A stretch of DNA of 63,992 bases, filler included, from Welwitschia mirabilis (Eukaryota): NCBI GenBank assembly GCA_051453625.1. It is 9 parts of one record of this genome, joined end to end, with 100 filler letters (N's around TTAATTAATTAA, not from the genome) between each part and the next. Parts side by side here need not be neighbours in the genome. Positions count along the whole stretch, not along the records: positions 1 to 2,971 come from JBOZIK010000001.1; positions 3,072 to 12,125 come from JBOZIK010000001.1; positions 12,226 to 37,612 come from JBOZIK010000001.1; 6 more parts are not named here. One strand, 5' to 3'. The notes under the pieces were generated by a model. That model ran no database searches. It was not told where the DNA came from and worked only from the letters and a program-made list of their open reading frames with translations. The translations under genes and the position numbers were made by a program. Shown here one piece after another: positions 1-13,200 of this stretch. How positions within the stretch are numbered: position 1 is the stretch's first letter; the number at the start of each line of letters is the position of its first letter.

Positions 1-1423
1 AAACTCCAACATGACTTAAAGTAGCATTTGAAGTAATAAGAATTTAGCAAAATGGTCTAGTTTGATGAATATTATTTGTGCTTCTAGAGCTCTACCTTCA
101 TTGACTGCTTAAACACATAGTATTGCATGGCTCTTTACAAGACTAATAACACTTCTAATCTAGATGTATTCAGGAATTTTGTGATGTAATGTCTCACAGA
201 TCTGTTGAATAAAGCAACTTAGGTTTTTGCCTTTGAAAGAGCTCAATGAATTATAGCAAACTATGGGTTTCAAGAGGCTTTATTTACAGAAATACCATGA
301 GGTGTCTCAACAGGTGACTAAGTAGTGGGAAGCTGAGGCATTGGATTTACTATATTTTAAGAGGATGAGTGATGGGAAGAAGAGAATAATGAAATAAAAG
401 GCGAACAGATTTTTAAATCAAGCGGGAAGAGGAGGATTTGGGTGAGGTTATTATGAGTGTCATCTAAATGGGAAGCAGGTTGTAGTTAAAGTCTCTTCAG
501 TAAGTTTTAAGTAGGTTTGCTTCCTAAACTTTTTATTTGCCACTTAGAATAACTATAGTAGAAATTTGATATGTTTTATCTAATGAGTATTATTAAAATC
601 TTACATTTGTTATGTAAAATACTCAATCTATTTTTAGAAGCATCATTATCTTTAATTTAATTTGCTATTTAGTTTCTCTCAATCATTAATTTAATAAGCT
701 ATTTTAGTAACATAGAGAGCAACTTATTAATTCTTCTTAAAATTTGCAATTTTTTTTTTTTTAGGGGGCTGGTCAATATGGCATAAGTTCTTGAAGGATT
801 TAATATCTATGCCTAGATTCTAGGGCATTTGAGTTCATCTCTTAGAAAATACCTTCTTAAAACTAGTGCTATCATGCTTAGCACAAATGTAATGAAGGAC
901 ATAATCAGAGAGAACTTTAATATTGAAGCTTCCATGTGTAATGGTTTTCTATATACAATCCTCTTATAGGTAGTAAGAGAAACAAGTTTTTGATTACACG
1001 AAAACCTGTTTACATTACAAAGACCATTATATAATTCTTTTTGCTCTTTTTGTCTAATTAATAAAAAACTGCTAAAGTACAACACTTTCAGTTAACTTTT
1101 ATGCTAGCTAGAAAAAGTGATTCTGTGTGGTAATTTTTTTTTTTTAAGTTCTACCTGTTAAGGCATCTATTTGGTAAAATGCCTCAAAAGGATTTTGAGG
1201 CATTTATTTGTAAAATGTGTTAAAAGGCCTTTGAGGAATTTCTCCCAACAATGCCTCAAAAGGCTTTTGAGGCATTTCTTGCAAAAATGCCTTAAAAGCT
1301 TTTCAAGGCATTTTAATTAAAATGCCTTAGAAACACCTTAAAAGCATGTAGGATTTTAAGACATTTTTTTAAGGCTTTTAAGGAATTTTAGAAATGCCTT
1401 AAAAGCCTATATTTCTTATAGTG
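1..1423. mobile_element. CACTA (En/Spm) DNA transposon, one terminus (other end lies outside the window)
   Basis: Ends in TTTCTTATAGTG (1412-1423), the reverse complement of CACTATAAGAAA, a typical CACTA TIR. It is preceded by a subterminal repeat array, and Gypsy integrase sequence starts immediately after 1423. How far the element extends to the left is unknown. Confidence 0.75.
1158..1408. repeat. CACTA subterminal repeat array
   Basis: Many direct and inverted copies of AAATGCCTYAAAAG / CTTTTRAGGCATTT forming palindromes, e.g. AATGCCTCAAAAGGCTTTTGAGGCATT at about 1250-1276. Confidence 0.85.
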
Positions 1424-2971
1424 GTTCTTCTATCAGATATAAGACTTCGGAGGCTCCAAACTGATAAATAATATTTCTAAGAAAAAAGTTAACTATAGTT
1501 TAGGAAGAATAATTAGTCACTGCCTTAGCCTTAGCTCATTTAGTGAAGTAATCAACACAGACCAAAATATATCTTTTTCAAAGGATGACAAATTGATAGC
1601 TCTAATAAAATCTATTCCCATAACATTAAAAGGTTCAATGGCCTAAATTTATTATTACTGCATTTCTAACTTTTGGCTAAATGTGCCTTCTCTTTGACAT
1701 CTATTACAACTTTGGATATAAGAATTTGAATCTTTAAATATGGTGGGATAGTAATACTCCATATGAAGAATTTTTATTCTTTTTCTTTTTGCGCCATAAT
1801 GTCCTCCTTCTCATTCATGAACTTTCCTTAAGATTTCTCTTTTTAGGTTTTCCTCTATATATCTTCTGATAACATGATCTTTGCATTCTCTAAATAACAT
1901 CTTAACATACCAAATATAATCTCTAGATTCCCTTAATACTTTTTTTCTTTCATAATAATTCATAAAAGATAGTAATGTTTTGTTCACAAGAAAGTTGGCT
2001 ATATCAGCATATCATGGATTTATTATTACCTAAAAAAGATGTTCACTTGAAAACTCATCTCTTATGTTGATCTATTCTTCATCTAGAAATTTTAACCTTA
2101 ATAGATGATCTACTACTACATTCTCTATCCCTTTCCTATTAATAATTTTTAAATCAAACTCCTACGTTAATAGTATCCATCTCATAATCTTGAGTTTACT
2201 TCTTTCTTATTCATCAAAAATCTAATGGTACTATGATTAGTATGAACTTTCAATTCATAATCTAAGATATCACGCTTGAATGTTTTTAATGTCATTACCA
2301 CTACCAACAAATCTTTCTCTATTACCATATAATTTATTGAGCTAATCTAAAGTTATTATTAATATAAGTAATGACATAAGATTTATTGTTTTATCTTTTT
2401 GTCCTAAAACNNNNNNNNNNNNNNNNNNNNNNNNNNNNNNNNNNNNNNNNNNNNTAATTTAGAATGGTTTTACCCAATTTGGCCCTTGCAAAATAGGTGC
2501 GGATAACATTTTATTCTTTAAATTGTGGTAAGCATTTTGACATTCATCAATCTAGTCATATTCCACATCCTTTTTTTAAAAAGCTATTTAAAGGTTTAAT
2601 AATTTTATTGAAGTTGGATATGAATCTTCTATAATATTTAACATGTCCTAAGAAATATATTAACTCTTTTAGTTTAGTTGAGGGTAAGACATCTTTCATA
2701 GTTTTAATTTTCTAGTCATCAGTTTTAATCTCTTTTTGAAATATCTTGTGTCCTAGTACTATGCTTTCTGTCATCAAAAGATGGCTTTTTAACTAGCTAA
2801 GTCTAAGGCATTTTTCTTTACATAGCTATAAAACATTTTTTAGTCAATCAAGTAACTTTTGAAAATCATTTTCAAATGTTGAAAAATCATCCATAAATGC
2901 CTTAACTAATCTTCCTATCATATCTTAAAAAATGCTATTTACTAACCTTTAAAAAGTAGCTAGAGCATTAC
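1424..2971 (-). pseudogene. Degenerate Ty3/Gypsy (Athila-like) pol fragment: RT, RNase H, integrase
   Basis: Minus-strand motifs in RT-RH-IN order: AFMDDFS (about 2880-2900), an RNase H region (about 2150-2400) and the integrase core RYILVCVDYFTK*AKAKA...NIIYQFG (about 1455-1575). Multiple stops and frameshifts. Confidence 0.9.
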
Positions 2972-3301
2972 NNNNNNNNNNNNNNNNNNNNNNNNNNNNN
3001 NNNNNNNNNNNNNNNTTAATTAATTAANNNNNNNNNNNNNNNNNNNNNNNNNNNNNNNNNNNNNNNNNNNNTAAAATGCACTAGAAGAACAAATGCACTA
3101 ATTTCAAAATTACCATGTGACACAATAAGAAAAATAATATTTTATGCATAAAGTACTTCCACAAATATTAATTAGAATAAAAGTCATGGTAGAATAAATT
3201 CTACTCATTTATTCTTTTTGATTTATATATAAGAGTCCATTTCCTTATTCACATGTTTACACTCTTCATAATCCATAACATTAATAAAATGAATCACAAG
3301 A

Positions 3302-3414
3302 AAAAATGCCATAATTGAATGTAAGAAAAATGTCATAGTGGGATGTAATAAAATGTCATGATTTAATGTAAGAAAATGTTATAATTGAATGTAATAAATT
3401 AGCATAGTTGAATA
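3302..3414. repeat. Degenerate tandem repeat, unit about 22 bp, about 5 copies
   Basis: AAAATGYCATARTTGAATGTAA-like units repeated head to tail. Confidence 0.7.
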
Positions 3415-4213
3415 TAGTACTCTTACTTATTATTCTTTCACTTTTACCAAGTAATTTTAGTTTCTTTTTTAATACGGCACATAGATTAATGATTAAAATA
3501 AATATGTCATATGTCATTTTTGTAGACATTATTTTACACCTTCATATGGATCTTTTGATTTAACCATGTAAATGACTGACCTAATCATAAGTAGGTTTAT
3601 TTAGTATTAAAATTCTTATAATTATCATTATAATTTAAAATAATAAAATTATCTACAATTAAGATTAAATAATTAAGTAACCTTATGAGTATCTATAATA
3701 AAATATATGTTTGACATAAAAAATGTAGTACATTATTAATTGTAAGGCTACACATAGATTTTCACTGAAAAAAGGATTTTTATTAAAATTGATATCAAAA
3801 TGGATTACATAGTTTAAAAACTCTTGTAATCATGTCATTATGATTACTAATTTAAGATTATAAAATGTGGATTATAACACAATACAAGGCTTAAGTGCTA
3901 TGTAATGTTTTTATTCTCTAAGTATAGAAGGAAAAAAGGGAATAATTTAATTAGTATAAGAAATCTAAAAGTTTTAAAAAGAAAGAATATTATTTCTTAT
4001 TTTAGTTTTAAAAAACAACTATACTTATAGGGGAGGATGTGGATCCCAAATAGCAATTTTCTATTGACCTTTGAAAACATTTATCATACATGGTAGCTGC
4101 AAGATTGAGAAGCTTGTGATAAGGACCTATGCATAATACAACTTAAAAGACTCTAGTCAATAGTAAATACCTCTTTAAAATCAAAAAAAAAATACATGAA
4201 ATAATAAAAAATG

Positions 4214-4441
4214 TTTAATCATCTTATGTTGCATCATTCGTGGGTGATATGAAACCACTCTTATGGTCTTTACTATATTTTCAAGCTCTTAGCTATGCAC
4301 ATGTTTACTAATGATATGAAACCATTCTCACATTTTATGAGAGTAATGAAAAATCTTTAACCATTTTATGTTGCATGATCCTTAAATGAAATAAAATCAC
4401 TCTTATAGTATTTACTATATTTTCTAGTTATAAGCTATGCA
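4214..4441. repeat. Diverged direct repeat (about 86 bp, period about 142 bp)
   Basis: TTTAATCATCTTATGTTGCAT...CACTCTTATGGTCTTTACTATATTTT...AGCTATGCA at 4214 recurs with substitutions at about 4356. Confidence 0.7.
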
Positions 4442-6761
4442 GAAGTGCATATGTAAATCTAAATAAAAAGGACATGCTATGAAGCAACTAGATACTAAGG
4501 GGATATAATGGAATTAAATAAGGCTCATTTGACTAATTCTCTAATAATTCAAAGATATAATTAAAATTGAACTAAATTTTTTTATTTAATTATAGATCTT
4601 ACAAGAGATACTTTATAGTATAAAAGCCTTAAGTTCAAAATAGTGGAGGTATTGATTCTTTGAAAATATGATTACATCAGTGCTTTTTTTGTGTGTAAAG
4701 AACATAAGATTTGCAAGACTATAAAATAAATAAATAGTACCTTATAATATTTAGTAAATATCTGAGAATAATATGCTTCTATATTGGATGAGATCCTTAA
4801 AAGATATGCTAACTCGTGTCTAAGCATTTTCATTCATAAAGCAATTAATAAAGTAATGTTAAAAACTATTGTTGTTCTTATAAAAATGGTATATAGTAGC
4901 TACAAATTCCACATGAACAAGCATTTACTAATAGGTAAACCTTAATGAAGGATATACCATAAAACATGTTATTATATTAGTAAGATAGTAATTTCTACAT
5001 GCTTTAAGCTTTTGATATCCATTAATTCTTTGAGTTTCAGTATGTTATAATTTATCATAATGATTATTAATAGATATTTCTTTCATAATCATTTGGTAAA
5101 TTTGTTTTTCACTTTGTAAGAATAAGAAGAATTATTATCTTTCCACTATATTGAGTTTAGAGGTAAAACACAACTAGCTTTAACATGAATTACATTGAAA
5201 ATTTTAGAAATAAAGTTCAAAAAATTCTTTTTGTAAAATTTTAGCTACTGTATAGCTACTAAAAATTTATTAATTACTTAAGTAAAAACATGAAAGATAA
5301 ATTACACACCTAGTAAAAAAATGAGCTATGATTTGAGGTATCAAAGAAGTAATTAAAGTGCCATTTAATGAAAAACATCATGAAACTATGTTCTTGTGAC
5401 AAAGAATAAGGGATTTCAAACTTGTTCCAAGTGACCTTCCTATAGATCATTTTTCATAAAGTTAATGCTTTTTTCACAATGAAAAATATCCTTGAGTTTT
5501 AACATCCAATTAAGACATATACTTAGTCATCTTACCATGTTGCGGAGTTGAAATAATTAATTAATTACTTATTATAGAGAACGCTATCTTCCAAAAAGCA
5601 ATTAAAAAGATTAAAATCTATTTTTTCATGGATAAGAAAAAAATCCTTCATGCTACACTATGAATTATTTTTTATAAGTTTTACTTAATTACATGAGGTC
5701 ATAGAGTAATTTTTTAATTTTTTTATAACATAAAGTTGCAAGAGCTCAACAAAAAGAATAATAAACATGAGTAGTTGAGAAAATAATTTTATATACAAAG
5801 AATTTTTCAAATATCATGAGCTTTTTATATTTTAATTTATCTACTTTGAAAGTTAATTTATTAATACTAAAGTACCATACTAGCTTAGAAGTTTCTTTAA
5901 AAGAAAATGGAACTTCAAGGATCTTGATCACCTCATTATCTTGAATAATTTTCAATGACTTTGAAAAACTTCATTTGTAATTATTGAAAAGACTAAATAG
6001 CAAATAAATTTTCCACTTTATCTTATAACTAAAGAGAGAATAATTAATATTAATTCTATATGATAGTGACTTAACTGTATCTTACTAATTCTTAATCAAA
6101 AAGAAAGAGTTATCTGCAAAGTACATATTGATAAGCTACTTTGAATTCTAATTAATATGAATACCATAAATGAGGTTATCCTACTTATTTTTTATTAGCA
6201 TGACATAAAAATTGTTGTAATGATAAAAACATGTAAAACCAAAGGACATCATTCCTTTATAAATCTTGCAATAAAAAAGATCTAACAAACATCTCCTATA
6301 GTGGTAACATAAGCATTTACATCCTTAAATAAAGAATTCGTCATATGAATGAAAACCTTCCCAAATCCTAGCTTTTCTATGCAAGCTGAGATAAATTTCC
6401 ATCTAATTATGTCTTAAGATTTTACATAATTAGATTTAAGTAGGAAATATCTTGATTAGTATCCTTTATTCATATTAAACATTACAAGTAAACACAACAT
6501 TATTAAGAGTATACCCACCTCTAATAAATTTACTTTACATAATATAAATGATATTAAGTAGGATAGTCTTCAACATACTACCTAAATTTTTTATTAAATT
6601 TTATAAGAAATATTAAGTAAAGTAACTAGTCTTTAATTAAAAATGAAATGAAAATCATATGACTGTAGCAAGAGATGAATGACATGTTAATGAAATTTTG
6701 GACTTAATTTGCCTTTATCTAAGGATTTTTTTAATGACCCTAAGTCATCTTTTCTAATAAT
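4400..6761 (-). mobile_element. L1-clade LINE ORF2 remnant (RT and C-terminal region)
   Basis: Minus-strand translation gives N*RLVTLLNISYKI (NWRPITLLN motif, about 6600-6640), RWKFISACIEKLGFG..FI (about 6355-6405), *CPL (QGCPLSP motif, about 6245) and YFADNS (FADD motif, about 6110). The left boundary is approximate. Confidence 0.8.
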
Positions 6762-7037
6762 NNNNNNNNNNNNNNNNNNNNNNNNNNNNNNNNNNNNNNN
6801 NNNNNNNNNNNNNNNNNNNNNNNNNNNNNNNNNNNNNNNNNNNNNNNNNNNNNNNNNNNNNNNNNNNNNNNNNNNNNNNNNNNNNNNNNNNNNNNNNNNN
6901 NNNNNNNNNNNNNNNNNNNNNNNNNNNNNNNNNNNNNNNNNNNNNNNNNNNNNNNNNNNNNNNNNNNNNNNNNNNNNNNNNNNNNNNNNNNNNNNNNNNN
7001 NNNNNNNNNNNNNNNNNNNNNNNNNNNNNNNNNNNNN

Positions 7038-8200
7038 AGAAAAATCTCTTTTGAAAAACTTAAAAACTTCTTGTGATTGAGATCTTAAATGGTAAATTAA
7101 GAAATTTTACTCTTAATAGAAATACTTAAGTAAAGTTTATTTGTAGGAATTTAAATAATTCTTGATTTGTAAATACTAATTATAGAGATCATTAAAATGA
7201 TATTCTTCTAAACTAATAAAAAATGATAACATACATTGTTAAGGGATCTAATATTCTTCCCTTACTTTAGTAACCATTTTCTTATTAAAATGTCTAAAAT
7301 AGTTCTAGATACGAAACATAGCATAGGTCAATCATGTAAGTCATACAACATTGCCACTCAAATAAGGCTATGTATTCCATACAATATGCAAAAGCATTTT
7401 AATTCATTTAGAATTATATGGATTTCATTGTAAGCTAAAAAGAAAAGAGCAATATCACTTAGTCAAATGCACAAACTAAATTTATAAATAAATGGTAGAA
7501 ATATTTGATAATAAGCATTCATTACAAATTTTATTGAAAGAGTTCTAAATTTTGAAAAATAAAGAAGAAAAATACAATATATCAAGACATTGAATAATAT
7601 GATCACATCTTGATTAAAGATTTAACCAACTATTAAAAAAAATCATTGAGGAAAGGACCAATAGTATTGAAGGTAACTAATAAGATAGATATTCTTTAGG
7701 AGAAGATTAAAACCTTCTTTAATAAATTCATATGAAAAGAGAAGTATTTAATCTTATTAATAAAATTTTAAATCAGATTAAAATCTCCATTAAAAATTCA
7801 AGTATTTCTTGTAAAAGACTAAGTTAATTCTAATAGTAATGTAACTCTTTTAAAAGTCCTTTTTTCCTTAGATATTTTAACTTCTTATGATGATATAAAA
7901 TCAAGAAACAAAGAACATTACTAAATGAAATCCCTAGATGTTGCTCTCAAAAGGCTATTTATGAGCCTTAAACATGTCAAAAATATAAAATTATGGTGAC
8001 ATGAAGGATGAGGTTCCCATCACATTAGATAAATCAATTAGTAGGTTGCATTCAAGTTTCATGTAATTCTGCTCCTTTAACTTGAAACTTACTCAGAGGT
8101 TTAGATGCTATCCTTTAAGGATTTTATAGTAGGAGAAATGATTCCATTAAAAACCTAGTTTCTTTGAAGGTCTATTAGAATTAGATCATTTATACAGCTC
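7038..8200 (+). mobile_element. L1-clade LINE fragment (end of endonuclease to start of RT), plus strand
   Basis: KFICRN (FTWxN-like, about 7133), FSNHFLI (SDHxPI, about 7267) and GLDAIL*GFY (PGxDGxxxEFY, about 8098-8127). Confidence 0.6.
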
Positions 8201-8635
8201 CACTATTTTTAAGTCTTCTACACTTTATATACTATTATTGTTTAGGACATTATTTGAAATAAGAGCATGCATATCTTATGGAATTTGAGACTTTTTGAAT
8301 AAATAAATATTGACTTCTTTTTATTTTCTAGATGAATATGATTAGAAATTTTTAACTTTTAATATTATTTACTTTTTACTACTAGATGAAGTCTTTTAAC
8401 CAAAAGTAAATCCTAAAGTAGAAATAGTCTAAGTGTTATTCCTAAAAATTCATCAATAGACCTCTTCTATTGTAATAGGGGGTAACAGTTAGTCAAATAA
8501 CCTTTTATATAGTAATAGTCATAGAATTTGTAAGACTAATATGAAACCGAAATTGAATTTTTATTATGTCTAAAGACCCAAAGGATCTATTAGAAAGAGG
8601 AAATGATCATGTTGGATGCAATATGAAAAAATTAA
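8200..8635 (-). mobile_element. L1-clade LINE fragment (endonuclease end and linker), minus strand
   Basis: DHFPL (about 8595-8610) followed by an FRF motif (about 8545), which is typical of the L1 EN C-terminus. Confidence 0.5.
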
Positions 8636-8639
8636 AGAG

Positions 8640-11600
8640 ATTTCTTACATTGATATTGAATTTTTTTTAATAGGTTCTATAGCAGTATAAAAAAGTAAAA
8701 CATGTTCTTCATCTTCAAGGGCTTCTAAATTACATAATTTGCATGTCTGCTCTTCTCAAGACATGTTATTCCATCTTTCCACTCTTGATTCTGAGTTGAT
8801 GTGAACTTAATTAAACTTTGCTAATAAGGTTGTATGCCTTGATTGGAATTTTTGCTGTGAGATAGTGAACTAAAGAATCAAATTTATTATGATAAATATC
8901 CTCAAAATAAAACTTCCTCTTGCCTTTTAAATTTATCCATAGTTTTATTAGGACATGCTACTTGATGAAACTATGAATCTTAGTAGAATCTATTTAGACA
9001 TTCTCTTAAGAAATATTCCATTTTTTAATACATTGCATTCCCTANNNNNNNNNNNNNNNNNNNNNNNNNNNNNNNNNNNNNNNNNNNNNNNNNNNNNNNN
9101 NNNNNNNNNNNNNNNNNNNNNNNNNNNNNNNNNNNNNNNNNNNNNNNNNNNNNNNNNNNNNNNNNNNNNNNNNNNNNNNNNNNNNNNNNNNNNNNNNNNN
9201 NNNNNNNNNNNNNNNNNNNNNNNNNNNNNNNNNNNNNNNNNNNNNNNNNNNNNNNNNNNNNNNNNNNNNNNNNNNNNNNNNNNNNNNNNNNNNNNNNNNN
9301 NNNNNNNNNNNNNNNNNNNNNNNNNNNNNNNNNNNNNNNNNNNNNNNNNNNNNNNNNNNNNNNNNNNNNNNNNNNNNNNNNNNNNNNNNNNNNNNNNNNN
9401 NNNNNNNNNNNNNNNNNNNNNNNNNNNNNNNNNNNNNNNNNNNNNNNNNNNNNNNNNNNNNNNNNNNNNNNNNNNNNNNNNNNNNNNNNNNNNNNNNNNN
9501 NNNNNNNNNNNNNNNNNNNNNNNNNNNNNNNNNNNNNNNNNNNNNNNNNNNNNNNNNNNNNNNNNNNNNNNNNNNNNNNNNNNNNNNNNNNNNNNNNNNN
9601 NNNNNNNNNNNNNNNNNNNNNNNNNNNNNNNNNNNNNNNNNNNNNNNNNNNNNNNNNNNNNNNNNNNNNNNNNNNNNNNNNNNNNNNNNNNNNNNNNNNN
9701 NNNNNNNNNNNNNNNNNNNNNNNNNNNNNNNNNNNNNNNNNNNNNNNNNNNNNNNNNNNNNNNNNNNNNNNNNNNNNNNNNNNNNNNNNNNNNNNNNNNN
9801 NNNNNNNNNNNACAAAATAGTGGGATAAATAATAAATTGAAAAACTTATTTATAAACTTGTCAAGCCCAAATCCCTCGTGAACTACATTTGTTTTTTATA
9901 ACATAGAAATCTTTACTTCTATCAACTATCCTCTATTTAATGCATTTGTCCCATCTATAGTTAATAGAGTAACAAAGATCAAAGTATCAAAAAGCTTCTA
10001 CTCTTTCAATTTTCTTCTTATTAAATTTAAAATCAAATTGGCTATTCTTGGTGTCTCAAATCATTAATTTAGTTTTTTAATGTTTACTATCAAACCAGAG
10101 GATTGGAAAAAAATTTTCAATTTTTGAGGTATTTTTTTCATACTTATCTCCAAAGTAGAAATTAAAGCTACCTCATCTACATAAGGAATCAATTTGACTA
10201 CAAATAATTCTATCTTNNNNNNNNNNNNNNNNNNNNNNNNNNNNNNNNNNNNNNNNNNNNNNNNNNNNNNNNNNNNNNNNNNNNNNNNNNNNNNNNNNNN
10301 NNNNNNNNNNNNNNNNTTCATACTTATCTCCAAAGTAGAAATTAAAGCTACCTCATCTACATAAGGAAGCAATTTGACTACAAATAATTCTATCTTAATA
10401 GCATAGTAATTATGTTATTTATAAAGCTGATCTTGTAACTCATCAATAAAGAGAGCAAAGAGTGCTAGAGAGAGAGGACATACTTATTTTAATTCTACCA
10501 TAGTGCAAAATTCAGAACATCTTTTTTGATTAAAGTATTTTATTTCTATTGTAACCTCNNNNNNNNNNNNNNNNNNNNNNNNNNNNNNNNNNNNNNNNNN
10601 NNNNNNNNNATTAAGCCACATCTATAAATTTATATGATTCACTGAATAATAAGATTTCAAAAAATTAATAAAACAAACATATTTTTTTCATTTGAATTTT
10701 TTTCAAAATCTATATGATGCCTCATCATAAGCAAATGATTAATAGTGGAATGATTTTGATGAAAATCTGCTTGGCAAATTGTTCTAATATTATTTACTTC
10801 TTATTAATTATCAATATTCTGTTTAAGAAGTATGTCAAAAAGCTTTGTAAAAATATTACTTACTGTCATCATTTTATAATTATTTAGATCATTCATGTCT
10901 CCTTCCTTGAATAGAAAAACNNNNNNNNNNNNNNNNNNNNNNNNNNNNNNNNNNNNNNNNNNNNNNNNNNNNNNNNNNNNNNNNNNNNNNNNNNNNNNNN
11001 NNNNNNNNNNNNNNNNNNNNNNNNNNNNNNNNNNNNNNNNNNNNNNNNNNNNNNNNNNNNNNNNNNNNNNNNNNNNNNNNNNNNNNNNNNNNNNNNNNNN
11101 NNNNNNNNNNNNNNNNNNNNNNNNNNNNNNNNNNNNNNNNNNNNNNNNNNNNNNNNNNNNNNNNNNNNNNNNNNNNNNNNNNNNNNNNNNNNNNNNNNNN
11201 NNNNNNNNNNNNNNNNNNNNNNNNNNNNNNNNNNNNNNNNNNNNNNNNNNNNNNNNNNNNNNNNNNNNNNNNNNNNNNNNNNNNNNNNNNNNNNNNNNNN
11301 NNNNNNNNNNNNNNNNNNNNNNNNNNNNNNNNNNNNNNNNNNNNNNNNNNNNNNNNNNNNNNNNNNNNNNNNNNNNNNNNNNNNNNNNNNNNNNNNNNNN
11401 NNNNNNNNNNNNNNNNNNNNNNNNNNNNNNNNNNNNNNNNNNNNNNNNNNNNNNNNNNNNNNNNNNNNNNNNNNNNNNNNNNNNNNNNNNNNNNNNNNNN
11501 NNNNNNNNNNNNNNNNNNNNNNNNNNNNNNNNNNNNNNNNNNNNNNNNNNNNNNNNNNNNNNNNNNNNNNNNNNNNNNNNNNNNNNNNNNNNNNNNNNNN

Positions 11601-13200
11601 NNNNNNNNNNNNNNNNNNNNNNNNNNNNNNNNNNNNNNNNNNNNNNNNNNNNNNNNNNNNNNNNNNNNNNNNNNNNNNNNNNNNNNNNNNNNNNNNNNNN
11701 NNNNNNNNNNNNNNNNNNNNNNNNNNNNNNNNNNNNNNNNNNNNNNNNNNNNNNNNNNNNNNNNNNNNNNNNNNNNNNNNNNNNNNNNNNNNNNNNNNNN
11801 NNNNNNNNNNNNNNNNNNNNNNNNNNNNNNNNNNNNNNNNNNNNNNNNNNNNNNNNNNNNNNNNTATTAAATTTTTCCTTGGAAAGTTTTGGTAGCTACA
11901 TTGAGTAGATTTTCTTTAAAATTTTTAGTTTGTCTTTGAGATTTCTACACAATTTATACGACCAATTTAAATTCTTATTTTAGCTCCAAATTATTATTCT
12001 CTGATGGTTTTTCTTATTTCTCTTTTTATTCTTATGTAAATTTAAAGTAATTTCTATCACAAACTCCAAATGGTAATAGCATGATTCCACCAAATCATTA
12101 CCTACTCTATAATCCTTCATAGACTNNNNNNNNNNNNNNNNNNNNNNNNNNNNNNNNNNNNNNNNNNNNTTAATTAATTAANNNNNNNNNNNNNNNNNNN
12201 NNNNNNNNNNNNNNNNNNNNNNNNNTTTATGCATTTTTTGAAAAATTTTGATCATTAGTTACTTCTTTATTCTGTTCATTTAAATATGAAAACTTACCTT
12301 CTTTGTGCATATTTTTCACTTTTTACCATTTTTTATACCTTTCAAGGAGTTCTAGTTTTGTCAAGTTCTTATTAATCCATTTTTCCTCTTAAAATTATTG
12401 TGATTTTATCAAACCTTATCTCTTGTAAAAAAAATCTTTGGCTAATCCTAAAAGCATCTTAAAATAGTTTCTCCAAAGTGTGCATTTCTTCATGAAATAA
12501 TTAAGGAATATTAGCTATGAAATCTTCTTTTTTTTCTAATAAGCCCCATCAATCATAGGTTAAAAAAATTTTCTTGTTTTTCTTATTTTTATTTTATTTA
12601 TTTACATGTCATAGTACTCCCATCTACTTTTTCCTCAGGTTTGAATTGAATAAATCATTAGATTTTCTTTGAACATCTTGAATTTTAATATATCTTCTAA
12701 TTCCTATTAAATATTTGTAATCTCTATTGATACCTCAAAAGAATTGCTATGATAGCACTTGGATTTGGGCATATAAATCCCTAATGAATGTTTCCATATT
12801 AGTGGTTTTTGACTTCATCACATCCCATTATAATTTAGAAATTGATATCTCTGCCATTTTTAGAGGATACTCCAAATTGTCAATGTTGTCTTCAATGACT
12901 AAATTGATCACTTTTGTTTTTTTCTTTAGTTTCTTTGGCATTTAGAAAGGCTAATTAAATTCATTGGAGATAGATTCTTTCATCTTCTTTCCTTCTCTTT
13001 TTAGAAAATGAAATTGTGATTTTTTTATTAAGTAGATTATATAACATGAATTTATTAAAGATAGTTTTTTTCATCTTCTTTCCATTTCTCTTTTAAGAAA
13101 ATGGAATTCTGTATTTATTTTCATTTCTATGACTATTTTAGACTTTAATGTCTTAGAGGTCCTTGTCTTTGGGTCCTCCTTAAATGCCACTATAGGAATA
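8640..13200 (-). mobile_element. RTE/RTEX-like non-LTR retrotransposon, degenerate and interrupted by gaps
   Basis: RT N-terminal part LFKEGDMNDLNNYKMMTVSNIFTKLF...CQADFHQNHSTINHL (10730-10915); K*VCPLSLALFALFIDEL and LLPYVDEVALIS (10335-10490); C-terminal SSHQLRIKSG-RW...CKLC..EDEEH (8700-8810); a weak EN start (WGLLEKKEDFI, about 12515-12550). The 5' boundary is uncertain. Confidence 0.75.

Noticed and set aside
1..500. Possible LINE ORF1 or captured gene fragment inside the CACTA
   Set aside because: Coding-like texture, but I could not read a convincing motif.
813..1085. 90-aa ORF with a hydrophobic C-terminus
   Set aside because: No recognisable motif; such ORFs arise by chance in AT-rich DNA.
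1158..1408. Palindromic repeat array as a possible CRISPR
   Set aside because: No constant repeat with unique spacers, no cas genes, eukaryotic context, and an adjacent CACTA TIR explains it.
3016..3027. Recurrent perfect palindrome TTAATTAATTAA (8 copies)
   Set aside because: Always centred in exactly 44+44 N, so it is a synthetic six-frame-stop scaffold spacer and not biology.
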